A DNA stretch of 64,000 nucleotides, from NCBI RefSeq assembly GCF_009914755.1, contig NC_060925.1. One strand, given 5' to 3'. Source of the DNA: the human T2T-CHM13v2.0 reference genome, Homo sapiens. The position numbers were made by a program, and so were the translations under genes. The notes beneath the pieces were generated by a model. The model was not told where the DNA came from and ran no database searches. It saw only the letters and a list, made by a program, of their open reading frames with translations. Position 1 is the first letter of the stretch; every line of letters starts with the position of its first letter. This document shows, in pieces, positions 1 through 14,782 of this stretch.

Positions 1-415
<415 letters not shown>

Positions 416-430
416 TCAAAGTTACTTCAT

Positions 431-780
431 GTTTTAGTTAGTTTGGGCTGCTATAACAAATTACCATAGATTACGTAGCTTAAACAGCAAACATTTATTT
501 CCTCACAGTTCTGGAGGCTGGAAGTTTAGATCAGGATGCCAGCATGGTCAGGTTCTGGTGAAAGCTTTCTTCCAGGTTGCACAGTCAACTTCTTGTCCTT
601 ATATCCTCATGTGTTGGAAGGAGAGTGAGACAGCTCTGAGGTGCCTCGTCACATTAAAGAGGGTTCTACCTTCATGACCTAATTATCTCCCGCAGGTCTC
701 ACCTCCTAATACTATGACATTGAAGGTTAGGATTTCAACATAGGAATTTTGGGGCAACACAAACATTCACTCCATGGCAC
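431..780 (-). mobile_element. MaLR LTR (MLT1/MST-like)
   Basis: gggctgctataacaaattaccataga...cacagttctggaggctggaag...gatttcaacataggaattttgggg. Confidence 0.8.
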
Positions 781-1306
781 TGAGGTTCAATTATGTGAAA
801 TATTATGGTTCTGAGAGGCTGAATATATGCAAAAAGATATATTCAGAGTGTTGCTACCTCCTTAATTCTTACTAATTTGTTCCTATTCTTCCTGGCTTCC
901 CATCCTTTCTCACCTGTGGCTTGTAAGGTAACCAATTTATTTAGTTTTCTTTAGAAGCTTTATATTTCTTTTGCACAAATAAGAAAATACTTGTATGTTT
1001 TCTGATATTCCTTTTTTCTTATAGTAAAGACACACTTCACTTTTTAAAAATCTTTTATTTGATGGTATGTCTGAAAATCACTCCAAATCACTAAAGAAAT
1101 CTTCCTCATTCCTGTTTTTTTAAGAGATGGGGTCTCACTGTATTGTCCAGGTTGGTTTCGAACTCTTGGGCTCAAGTGAGCCTCCCATCTCCTGGGGCTG
1201 CAGGCGTGTGCTGCTGCAACTGGCTTTTATTCTTTTTGATACCTGCATAGTATTCCTTGATTTATTCAACCATTCTCCTCTGTATGAGTATTTAGGGTGT
1301 TTCATA

Positions 1307-1641
<335 letters not shown>

Positions 1642-2813
1642 CCAATATTTTAAAGTTACAAAAAATGCTATAGTAAATAACCTTGTTCCATATATATTTT
1701 TGTATTGTTAGATGTTGATCGATTTTTTTTCACATATTCAACCAACTTTGTATTTCTAAAATAAACACAACTTGGACATGATCTATTAATTTTTTAAGGT
1801 CATGGTCATTCATTCATTTCACATTTTATTCTTAGTACATTCCACTGGGAGAGGAAAGAGTCATGCATCAGTATATAGATTGTGCTATTCTGTTGTACTG
1901 TTTTTATATAGGATTTTTGCATGTCTGTTTATTCTGTTAGATTTGCCTATAATTTTTCTCTAATAACAGTCTTGTCAGATTGGTGTCAAAGTTATGCTGG
2001 CCTTAAAAAAGAGTTGTGGAGTGTTCACTCTTTTTCCATTATCTGGAAGATTTTGTATTAGAGATTGGCATTATTCCTTAAGAATTCTCTGGTGAAGGCT
2101 TCTAGGCTTGGATTTTTCTTTATGAGATGATTTTCAATTATTTTAATATTAGAGTGTTTTTGACCTACCAAAAGGGTACTTTCCTGTGGCCCAACCTAAT
2201 AGTTATAGCACTATCTAGGTTTTTAAAGTTGTTATTGTGGTAGTTTTGGTAAATTGTATTTCCTTAAATAATATTTTCCACTTAATTAAAATTTTCAGTT
2301 TTATAGTCAGGGAGTTATGAGTATGTGCATCAGTTGTGATGTCCTCTTTCTTATTCATGGCATTAATGATCTGTGCCATCATGTTTGTGTTGTCTTCGTC
2401 CCTTCCTCCTCCTGTCATTTTTGTTAGAGGTTGATCAATTTCATTAGTTATTTTTAGGTAACCAACTTAGGCTTTAGTGACCTATCTATTGAATGTTTGC
2501 CCTCTATCTCATTAATTTATGTTCTTTATCAATTCCTTTTCTACTCATTTTGAACTTCTTGTTGTTTTCAGCCTTTTTGCTTTTATATATATATGCATTT
2601 AATATATATATGAATTTATATATATATATATGCATTTAAGGCTACAAATTTCCCTTTATGCACTACTTTAACTGTATCCAATGAATCCATATATCATATT
2701 TTCATTTATTCAGTTCTACATGTTTTCTAATTTCTAGTGCAGATATTTTTTCCTGACCTATGGATTATTTAGAAGTATTTATTTTTAAAAATTCCAAAAC
2801 ATCTCAGTATTTT

Positions 2814-4146
<1,333 letters not shown>

Positions 4147-4919
4147 CAAAAACCCTAGTATTTTCTAATTTATCCTTTTTTTTTCTTTTTCTTTTTTTTT
4201 TTTTTTTACTGGTTTCTAGCTTAAATTTCCACTATGGTTAGAGAATATATGATTTCAGTCCTTTGATATTTGTTGAGACTTGTTTTAGGGTCCAATATTT
4301 GGTCAGTTTTTAGAAATATTCTGTGTTCTGCTTAAAAAGAATATCTGTTTTACATTTGTTGTATTCAGCATTCTGTATATGTTCATTGAATCAAGTTTAT
4401 TCATCAGACTGTTTAAATCTTCTATGTCCTTATTAATGTTTCATCTGCTTGCTTTATTGATTAATGCAAGTGATGTAACGTGTCACTTGTAAGCATCATA
4501 TACTTTTACAAATCTTAAAGCCTTTGTATTTTAATTAGCACGTTTACTTCACTCACATTTAATTATTGATTTTTTAGGCTTAAACATTTGCCATCTTACT
4601 GTATGCTTTCTTTCAGTCTCGTATATTCGATTTCTTTTTTCTCCTTTCTTGTCAATTTTTGGATTATCTTTATTATTGGATTTTTTAATTTTAGAAGTTA
4701 AACACTTAAAAAGCTTTTCTTTTAGTGATTATTTTAGATATTATAACATGAATCCTTCAGTTATCAAAATCATTGATAATTTTATCTTCTTCCCAAACAA
4801 TGTAAGAAACTTAAAACTTTTTATTCCATTTTCCCTTTTCCAATCTATATGCAGTTGTTTTGTATATACAATCTATATGCAGTTTAATTTTGCATATATT
4901 TATTTAAAATCCCATGAGA

Positions 4920-6320
4920 GCCTTTTGGTCCCAGCAGCAGCAGAGCTGAGCAAGCAGCTCCCTCCCTCCCTCCGCTGCCCGCTGGCCAGCAGGATGGAAC
5001 AGGCCACACTCCTTTGTCAAGGACTTACTGGCCGGAGGCATTGCCCTCGCTATTTCCAAGAGGGCAGCGACCCGAGTTGAGCCAGTCAAGGCACTGCTGC
5101 AGGTGCAACATGCCAGTAAGCAGATTGTGGCGACACCGTACAAAGGCGTGGTGTGGTGGGCTGCAAGGTCCACATCCCCAAGGAGCAGGGCACTTGTCCT
5201 TCTGGAGGGGCACCTGGCCAGCACCATCCACTGCTTCCCCATGCAAGCCCTCAACTTTGCCTTTAGGGATAAGTACAAGCAGGTCCTTCTGGGAGGCGTG
5301 CATAAGCATGCACAGTTCTGGAGATATTTTGCAGGCAACCTGGCTTCCTGAGGGGCGGCTGGGGCCATCTCCCTGTGCTTCTTCTATCCCCTGGAATTTG
5401 CCAGAACCTGCCTGGCAGCCAACGTTGGGAAATTGGGCATATAGTGGGAGCTCAAAGGCCTGGCAGACTGCCTGGAGAAGATCAAGGCTGATGGGATCCG
5501 AGGCCTGTCCCAGGGCTTCAGCATCTCGGTGCAGGGCATCCATATGTACTGGGCAACCTACCTCAGCGTGTATGATACAGCCAAGGGCATGCTCCCTGAC
5601 CCCAAGAACACCCACCACATGGTGAGCTGGATGATTGCCAGGCCATGACAGTGGCCCATGTGGCCTCCTACCTACTCCTCACAGTGCGGGCGGATGGTGA
5701 TGCAGTCCAGGTGCAAAGGAGGTGATATTACGAACACGGGTGCCCTTGATTGTTGGCAGAAGCTCTCCTAAAATGAAGGGGCGAAGCCTCCTTCAAGGAT
5801 GCATGGTCCAACATCCTCACAGGCATGGGGCCAAGTCTGGGCCTGTATTATGAGCTGAAGAAAGTCACCTAAGTGCATATGTCTCCTCCATAGAAATGGC
5901 AACCCAGAGAATCATGTAGAATACTTAACTATTGTAGATTATGGACCTTCAAGAAATTCTGGTCATCTTTGTCCTGGCCAGAGATCATGTCTGTAGAGGG
6001 CTGAGGTAGGCTCTAGAAAAGGGGTTCATTGTGATCACATTCCCCTTTGGCACCTGATTCCATGTATTGATTACTGGGGGTGGGAAAATCATGACGTCAT
6101 TGTGAGCACACAGGCGAGGCAACTCCAGCTCAGACCTAGAGTCCAGATGCTTATAGGACCTGAGTTGTGTTTAAGTATTTATTTAAATAAAAGGAATTGT
6201 ATTTCCCATTTGTACTTAAGCACTAGCTCTTCTTTTGCACAGTGAGTATTTGTAATTATGTTCTGTGTTAGGTGTGCTGCTGCAAAACAATAAAAACAGG
6301 ACACTGAGAGCCAGAAAAAA
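4920..6320 (+). pseudogene. SLC25A6: SLC25A6 (ANT3, ADP/ATP translocase 3) processed pseudogene (possibly SLC25A6P3, locus name from memory)
   Basis: Fragments EQA...[35 protein letters not shown]...[14 protein letters not shown]...ELKKVT* (TAA 5870-5872) fit ANT3 better than ANT1/ANT2; frameshifts and stops; 3'UTR with AATAAA 6289-6294; imperfect TSD 4906-4919 / ~6317-6331. Confidence 0.93.
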
Positions 6321-6960
6321 CCCCCATAAGATATTATTAAATATTATGATTGTATGTAGAGAATATTTAGTTTTAGCCACATACTTATAATTTCTGTTGC
6401 TCTTCATTCTGTGCAGCTCCTACCACCTTCCATCAGGCATTGTTTATGCCTAGAAAAGAATACTTTTTAGAATTTTATTTAATGAGCATCTGCCGATAGC
6501 AGATTCTGGTTTTGTCAGTCTGAAAATGAGTTTATTTCATCTTAATTCATAAAGGATATATTTCAGTGAATTCTAAATTGACAGTTACTCTCTTTTAGCC
6601 ATTAAATGTCGTACTCTATTGTCTCCTGGTTCTCATTGTTTCTTTTGAGAGCCTACCTGAATTTAATTGTTGTTTCTTTGAAAGTAACCTGTCCTTTTTT
6701 CTCCCTGGCTGTTTTAAAGATATTTCCTATATCTTTGGTTTGCAGTATTTTTACTGAGATGTGCCCAACTTGTGGATTTCTTTGATTTATCTTGCTTGGG
6801 ATTCCTAGGACTTCTGAATGTCTTTAATCAGTTTTGGAAAATTCTCAGCCGGACAGTGCTTCCGTGCCATGCTCTCTTTTGTCTTCTTCTGGGGTTCCAA
6901 TCACATGTGTGTTACATTTTCTCATACGCTGTATTGCTTACCCTTACTTCTATATTTTCT

Positions 6961-8728
6961 TTTTTTTTTTTTCCCAAGGCAGAAGAATTTTTCTTAGAGC
7001 AGAACAAAATGAAAAGTCTCCCATGTCTACTTCTTTCCACACAGACACGGCAACCATCCGATTTCTCAATCTTTTCCCCACCTTTCCCCCCTTTCTATTC
7101 CACAAAGCCGCCATTGTCATCCTGGCCCGTTCTCAATGAGCTGCTGGGCACACCTCCCAGACGGGGTGGTGGCCGGGCAGAGGGGCTCCTCACTTCCCAG
7201 TAGGGGCGGCCGGGCAGAGGTGCCCCTCACCTCCCGGACGGGGCGGCTGGCCGGGCAGGGGGCTGACCCCCCCACCTCCCTCCCGGACTAGGCGGCTGGC
7301 CGGGCAGAGGGGCTCTTTACTTCCCAGTAGGGGCGGCCGGGTAGAGGCGCCCCTCACCTCCTGGACGGGGCGGCTGGCCGGGCGGGGGGCTGACCCCCCC
7401 ACCTCCCTCCCGGACGGGGAAGCTGGCCGGGCGGGGGGCTGACCCCCCCACCTCCCTCCCGGACGGGGCGGCTGGCCGGGCGGGGGGCTGACCCCCCCAC
7501 CTCCCTCCTGGACGGGGCGGCTGGCCGGGCAGAGGGGCTCCTCACTTCCCAGTAGGGGCGGCCGGGCAGAGGCGCCCCTCACCTCCCGGACGGGGCGGCT
7601 GGCCGGGCGGGGGGGCTGATCCCCCCCACCTCCCTCCCGGACGGGGCGGCTGGCCGGGCAGAGGGGCTCCTCACTTCCCAGTAGGGGCGGCCGGGCAGAG
7701 GCGCCCCTCACCTCCCCGATGGGGCGGCTGGCCGGGCGGGGGGCTGACCCCCCCCCCCCACCTCCCTCCCGGACGGGGCGGCTGGCCGGGCGGGGGGCTG
7801 ACCCCCCACCTCCCTCCCGGACGGGGTGGCTGCCGGGCGGAGATGCTCCTCACTTCCCAGATGGGGTGGCTGCCGGGCGGAGAGGCTCCTCACTTCTCAG
7901 ACGGGGCAGCTGCTGGGCGGAGGGGCTCCTCACTTCTCAGACGGGGTGGTTGCCAGGCAGAGGGTCTCCTCACTTCTCAGACGGGGCGGCCGGGCAGAGA
8001 TGCTCCTCACCTCCCAGACGGGGTCACGGCCGGGCAGAGGCGCTCCTCACATCCCAGATGGGGCGGCGGGGCAGAGGCGCTCCCCACATCTCAGATGATG
8101 GGCGGCGGGGCAGAGACGCTCCTCACTTCCTAGATGTGATGGTGGCCGGGAAGAGGCGCTCCTCACTTCCTAGATGGGATGGCGGCCGGGCAGAGATGCT
8201 CCTCACTTTCCAGACTAGGCAGCCAGGCAGAGGGGCTCCTCACATCCCAGACGATGGGCGGCCAGGCAGAGACACTCCTCACTTCCCAGACGGGGTGGTG
8301 GCCGGGCAGAGGCTGCAATCTCGGCACTTTGGGAGGCCAAGGCAGGCGGCTGGGAGGTGTAGGTTGTAGCGAGCCGAGATCACGCCACTGCACTCCAGCC
8401 TGGGCACCATTGAGCACTGAGTGAACGAGACTCCGTCTGCAATCCCGGCACCTCGGGAGGCCGAGGCTGGCGGATCACTCGCGGTTAGGGGCTGGAGACC
8501 GGCCCGGCCAACACAGCGAAACCCCGTCTCCACCAAAACCAGTCAGGCGTGGCGGCGCGCGCCTGCAATCGCAGGCACTCGGCAGGCTGAGGCAGGAGAA
8601 TCAGGCAGGGAGGTTGCAGTGAGCCGAGATGGCAGCAGTACAGTCCAGCTTCGGCTCCACATGAGAGGGAGACCGTGGAAAGAGAGGGAGACCGTGGGGA
8701 GAGGGAGAGGGAGAGGGAGAGGGAGAGC
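6961..8728 (-). mobile_element. SVA retrotransposon (young-looking, subfamily not determined), 5'-complete, SINE-R 3'-truncated
   Basis: Poly-T 6961-6972, partial SINE-R, GC-rich VNTR ~7160-8330, Alu-like domain, (CCCTCT)n on - at ~8697-8727; perfect TSD TACTTCTATATTTTCT at 6945-6960 and 8729-8744. Confidence 0.97.
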
Positions 8729-9411
8729 TACTTCTATATTTTCTATCTCTTTGACTTACTGTCTTTTGTTCTCATGGGTTTCTTCTAACTGCTCCCAGTT
8801 CTGTAATTGTCTCTTTGGTTGTACTTAATCTGCTGTTGAACTCATCTATTAAATTCTTAATTTTGATTATTTGTCACTTTTGGAATTTATATTTGATTTG
8901 ATTATTTTATAAATCTAAGTGGAAAAAAACCCTAAAAATAAAAAAGGAAAAAATTATGTCATTTATGCAATAATCTGGAGCTCCTGTTGATCTGTTTCTG
9001 TTGTCTTTTGGTTCTCATTTATGTGTGGTTTTGTCTCCAAAAGTGTCTCCATTTATGTGTACTTGGTTATCTTTGCTTATGTGCTAGACATTGTATTTTA
9101 AAAATTGTTTATGTAAATTTAATTTAGCAGCTAAGATGATGTTATCTTCCTACAGAAAAGATTTTCATTTGCTTTTGCTAGTAGATGCCTGGCGTCACTA
9201 AAAATCTGTGATCATTTAAATCAATTTCAGGCATCAAGATTTTTCTGGGCCACCCATATGACCAAGCAATTGTTTTAATTCTAGTTTATCACTACTCCCA
9301 CAGAGAAGTTGTTTGGGGTCCCAACTAGAACATGGACTGTTTACCAGAGCTCCCATTGTTGGTGGGCCCTGGCTTCCAACTTCTGGCCTGAAAAGGCTTG
9401 TGTGGTTGGTT

Positions 9412-9735
<324 letters not shown>

Positions 9736-10288
9736 AGTTTTTTTTTGTTCTTAAATTAAAGAAGTTTTAGGTTCACAGCAAAATTGAACAGAAAGTAGAG
9801 TTCTCATATACCAGCTTCCGCCACACACTGACAAGCTTTTAAGTGCATTGTCCGGTCTGCAATTCCTCTCCTGGAATTTGCAATGCCTCCATGAGAAGTG
9901 TCCCTAAATACAAGGTTTATCTTCTAAATTTTTTGTCTTCTCCCAGATCTTGGCTTGGTAATTCTTTATTACCTTGTTGGTTTGTGATGCCTTCAACCAG
10001 TTGTTTTTTAAAAATCAGTCTAGCTTTTCTAGTTGTTCTCAGTGGGAAGGTTGGTCTGAACTATGTAGCCTGCTATTATTGAACACAATTATTCCCTTTC
10101 TTATAAATTGTTGCAAGTAGATTGCATATCTGTAAAAAATATTAATAGATCAAGCTGAACCTATTAAGGAAATGGTACAACTAAAAACCTTTTCTGTTAG
10201 CCATCATAGTTTTAAAATGATATTTTCAAATATGGAGATATATTATAGAATTAAACTTTTAATTTTAATGTATAATCTTTTATTCCAG

Positions 10289-10365
10289 CCCGTGATGCTG
10301 ATGAGCGAGAGAAGTGGATCCATGCCTTAGAAGAAACAATTCTTCGACATACTCTCCAGCTTCAA
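10289..10365 (+). CDS. OSBPL9: OSBPL9 exon ~4 (77 nt), C-terminal helix of the PH domain
   Basis: tattccag|CC CGT GAT...CTT CAA|gtaagg; encodes (A)[25 protein letters not shown] with the conserved PH-domain Trp; phase 1-0. Confidence 0.97.
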
Positions 10366-10761
10366 GTAAGGGTCTTTACATGGTTTCCAGATAGTTCATT
10401 AGTTGTTGCTTTCTTTTTTTGTCTGTTTTCTGTTTTTTTTTTTTAAATAACTGTGGTATGATGTAATAGGAACTTATAATTTCTGAGTTGCTTATTTTTC
10501 CTTTACAGTTATAGTAAAGTTATACTCATTTATTTTCTCCTGCTTTCTGCAGAGTAAAATACTGATTTTTGTCTAGAAACAAGACAGTGCAAGACAATGT
10601 TGAAAGTGAAATTCTATGTTAAAATATGCCAGATTTATTTTAAGAATTTAATATCTGTAGTCAGTTATCAATACAACCAAATTACATAATTATGCATGAT
10701 AATAGGTAAATACTGAGAAGTTCACCTCATTTTCTTGTTAAAGGATTTGGCTATTACCGTA

Positions 10762-11210
10762 TGTGTCAGTTAGTACTCTTTTGTATGGTAGTGAAAGAAA
10801 ACTCAACCCAAACTGATTCATGAAGAAGAAAGTAAATCTGGTTAGATGTGGTTTGAATTAGGTAATTCATGTCATGAGGACTCAGATCTCCCATCTCTAT
10901 TTCTACGTTCCACTTTTGCATTGGCTTCATTTTCGGTTAGGTTCTCCCTTGGTGGTGGTAAGGTGGTTGTAGCAATGTCAGCCTCCCATTTTTGGAACCG
11001 AGTCCATAGGAGGCTATTCTTTCTAGACCTTAATAGGAGTAACACAATTATTGCTCATCACCCTAGCTTTGGCCATGTGTCAAATCCTGACCAGTCACAA
11101 TTTCACAGTCATAGATTCTACCCTGGAGCTGGGATGTTACTGGCCTCACTAGAAACACATTGCTGATAGGGTAGAAGGTGTGTTCATCCTACCCAACCCG
11201 ACCCGCACCA
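10762..11210 (-). mobile_element. Old MaLR LTR (MLT1J/K-like)
   Basis: tgtcagttag...gaaagaaaactcaacccaaactg...gcattggcttcatt motif order typical of MLT1. Confidence 0.5.
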
Positions 11211-11712
11211 AAGTCAGAATAGGGAAAAACAGATGTTGGGTGACATGCAACTAACGTCTGCCGTACTACACTGAAGATATTTTTCTATGTTTATTCTCCA
11301 GTGAAAGAGCTTATATTTGTGGTACATAGGGGATTTTGTTTTAATTTAGAAAATTTAATTGTAGAAAACATGTTTTATAACCCTTTCTCTGTACTTTGTT
11401 CTATATCAGGAATTGACTTGATTAGATAAGGTGACATAGGGTATCTTAGGCCCTACAAGATAGTAAACCCCCCATCACTTGAAAGTATTCAGTAGAGGCT
11501 TAAAAAACATTATTAAAGGATGTGGTTATTAGGGGACTTTAAGAAATGAATATGAAATTGAAGTAGGAAATCTTTAAGCTACTCTGTGAGTTATGCCTTT
11601 TAAAAGCAATTTGTAATTCCTGTAGATTTCTTTTAAATTTAGGCAGTTTCATAAATGACTATAGCATCATTTTAGCAAATTTGTGATCCTGTAAGAGGAG
11701 GATAAGTGTTTT

Positions 11713-11864
11713 TTGTTTGTTTGTTTGTTTTTTGTTTTTTTGAGACAGAGTCTCACTTTGTACCCCAGAAAGTAAATCTAGTTAGATGTGGTTTGTCTCG
11801 GCTCACTGCAACCTCCACCCCGTGCGTTCTAGCAATTCTCCTGCCTCAGCCACCACACCTGGCC
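11713..11864 (-). mobile_element. Internally rearranged and deleted Alu with TSD
   Basis: Both Alu ends present, middle missing; TSD taagagg(gg)aggataagtgtttt at 11692-11712 / 11865-11887. Confidence 0.88.
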
Positions 11865-13275
11865 TAAGAGGGGAGGATAAGTGTTTTAGTGATCATATTA
11901 GACTGAATGTGGCAGATGAGATTTCCCGCCCCCCCATTGTTGGTTAGACTGACATTCAACATTCAACAAGAGCCACCTGCCCTTGTAGGCATTTCTGCCA
12001 CTATACCCCTACATAAACCTAGAGTGCTATTGCTTACTTGCTTTCCTTCAAATACATTTTTTCATTTGTGGCCTCCACATTCTTGTGTGTGATGTCCTTT
12101 CTCTGTGAAATGTCTTCTACCCTTTTTTTCAAAGCCTAGTTTAGAACTGACCTCTTCTATGAACCCTCTGCCGACTGGCCTTTCCTTCCCCAGTCCCCCA
12201 AGTTCAAAATGATCTCTTTCCTTTGAATACTATAGTATTTGCACAATTCACTATCTCCTTATCATATTCTTCTTGTTTATTTGTTATCAGCTGATGTTGA
12301 CATCATAAGTTCAGGTTCCTAACTAGATCCAATATTGGAATTTTTCAGCTTTTGCTAAGAAGAGAGCTTGTATGTCTTTGGGAATAATGGGCAGAAAAAG
12401 ATAACTTTGAGAAGTCTTAGACTTCTAATAGCTTTGATATTTAAAAGTACATGTAATACAAGAGGTTTTTTTCCTACATTTAATGCATGGAGAAGATAGG
12501 ACATTTAGAAATATGGAATTAATGTTCATTTGACTGGCAAAAGATTATTTTCTCAGATGTAGTGAAGTGTGGTAAAGAACTTCACTCTAGAGCCAGAATG
12601 TCTGTGTTTGTATCCCAGAGCCCACCACTTACATTTAACCATTAACATTCAACTTACTGTCTCTGAGTTTCAGTGGCCTCATCTATAAAATGAGGATAAT
12701 AAGAGTACCTACTTCATAGAGTTGTTTTAGTGGTTAAATAAACTAACGTAAACTTGCTAGAACTTGATAAACTAATATTGGATGAGAACTGGTTGAAATA
12801 ATGCCTGGCTATAGTAAAAACTTGGTAAATGTTAGTTGCCATTACAATGCAACTACTGTTCCTACCATTCCCTCTGCCAGTGCCTGGTATTCAGTAGCAC
12901 TCAGTAAATGTTAGTTAAATGAAGAAATAACTGAAGGAATGAATGAACAAATGGTTGATGTAGAGATTGCTTTTCCATTGTTGTTTATTGAATATTTTGA
13001 GATGTATAACATACTGTCTGTTAGGCACTGTGGGATGGGCACTCACGGAGCTGTCTTCCAAAGGGGTATAGGAGAGGAGACGCAGTGATCTCAGCAACCT
13101 ACCTTTAAAACATATCCTAGTATCTACTGCCATGTTAGGTTCTCTTCTTTTGCTTTTTTTAAAAAAAAATTCTCACAAAACTCCCCCCACCCACTTCAGT
13201 TTATAGATGAGGAAGCTCCTACTACATAATAGTGCTTCCCAGTCTAATTCTTGACCTCATTGTATTTATATGTCC

Positions 13276-13552
13276 TTTTTTTTTTTGACAGAGTCTCACT
13301 CATTGCAGTGGCACAATCACAGCTCACTGCAACCTCTGCCTCCCCTGCTCAAGTGATCCTCCCACCTCAACCTCCTGAGTAGCTGGGACTACAGGCATGC
13401 ACCACCACGCCTGGCTAATTTTTGTATTTTTTTGTAGAGATGCGGTTTTGCCATGTTGGCCAGGCTGGTCTCGAACTCCTGGGCTCAAGCCATCTGCCCA
13501 CTTTGGCCTCTGAGAGTGCTGAGATTATAGGCATGAGCCACCATTCCCAGCC
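13276..13552 (-). mobile_element. AluJ
   Basis: Alu antisense with ctcctgggctcaagc J-type motif. Confidence 0.92.
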
Positions 13553-13847
13553 ATGTTTTCCTTTTTCATTGAACTTTATCTACTTTAGCCATTAAACTCC
13601 ACTCCATTGGTCTTGTCATTACTAAGAGCTGAACCACCTGCAAAATATTAAGTTAAAAAGCGTTTTCTTTGACAACAGTTTTCTTTTCTTCATCTTCCTC
13701 TATCACTTTACTTCTGAACTTTTATTCTCTCATTTTGATCTGACCCCTACTTCTCTGTTTTTCCTGGCCATTTAGTACTTTCTTGTTTTGCTCATCCCAT
13801 TTCCCAGTGGAGACCTTCTGGTCTGCTGCTTTATCACTGGTTTTGTT

Positions 13848-14782
13848 AGAAGACATACAAATGGCAAGGAGGTATATGAAAAGGTGCCTAACATCATTGA
13901 TCATCAGAGAAATGCAGACCAAAACTACAATGAGATATCATTTCACCCCAGTTAAAATGGCTTTTTTTTTTTTTTTCCAAAAGACAGGCAATAACAAAGT
14001 ACTGGTGAGGATGTGGAGTAAAGGGAACCCACATACACTATTAGTAGGAATGTAAATTAGTACAGCCACTGTGGAGAACAGTTTGAAGGTTCCTCAAAAA
14101 ACTAAAAATAGAGCTACCATATAATCCAGCAATCCCACTGCTAGGTATATATCCAAAAGAAAGGCAATCAATATACGGAAGAGATACCTGCACACCCAGG
14201 TTTATTGCAGCACTATTCACAATAGCCAAGATTTGGAAGCAACCCAGGTGTCCAACAGATGAATGGATAAAGAAAACATGGTATATAAACACAATGGAAT
14301 ACTATTCAGCTGTGAAAAAGAATGAAATCCTGTCATTTGCAATCCTGTCTTGAATAGAACTGGAGGTCATGATGTTAAGTGAAATAAGACAGGCACAAAC
14401 TTCACATGTTCTCACTTATTTGTGGGAGCTAAAAATTAAAACAATCGAACTCATGGAGCTAGAGAATAGAATTATGGTTACCAGAGGCTGGAAGGGTGGT
14501 TGGGCGTATAAGTGTAGGGGGAGTGGGGATGGTTAATGGGTACAAAAAAATGAGAACGAATAAGATCTACTTGATAACACAACAGGGTGACTATAGTCAA
14601 CAGTAATTATACATTTAAAAATAACTAGAAGAGTATAATTAGATTGTAACACAAAAGATAAATGCTTGAGGTGATGGATACCTATTTACCCTGATGTGAT
14701 TATTACTTATTTCATGCCTATATCAAAATATTTATACTCCAAAAATATATATACCTACTATGTACCCACAAAAATTTAAAAA
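13848..14782 (+). mobile_element. L1MA-type 3' end (ORF2 C-terminus plus 3'UTR)
   Basis: ORF 13783..14055 contains [38 protein letters not shown] (L1 ORF2 Cys-rich end); L1MA-like 3'UTR. Confidence 0.92.

Noticed and set aside
4649-5625. 143-203 aa ORFs on both strands
   Set aside because: Alternative-frame shadows of the GC-rich SLC25A6 retrocopy; the ANT frame is broken.
7160-8536. Long Pro/Gly/Arg-rich ORFs and a repeat array superficially like repeat-spacer units
   Set aside because: This is the SVA VNTR; GC-rich tandem repeats lack stops. Not a gene and not CRISPR (no unique spacers, no cas genes, eukaryotic context).
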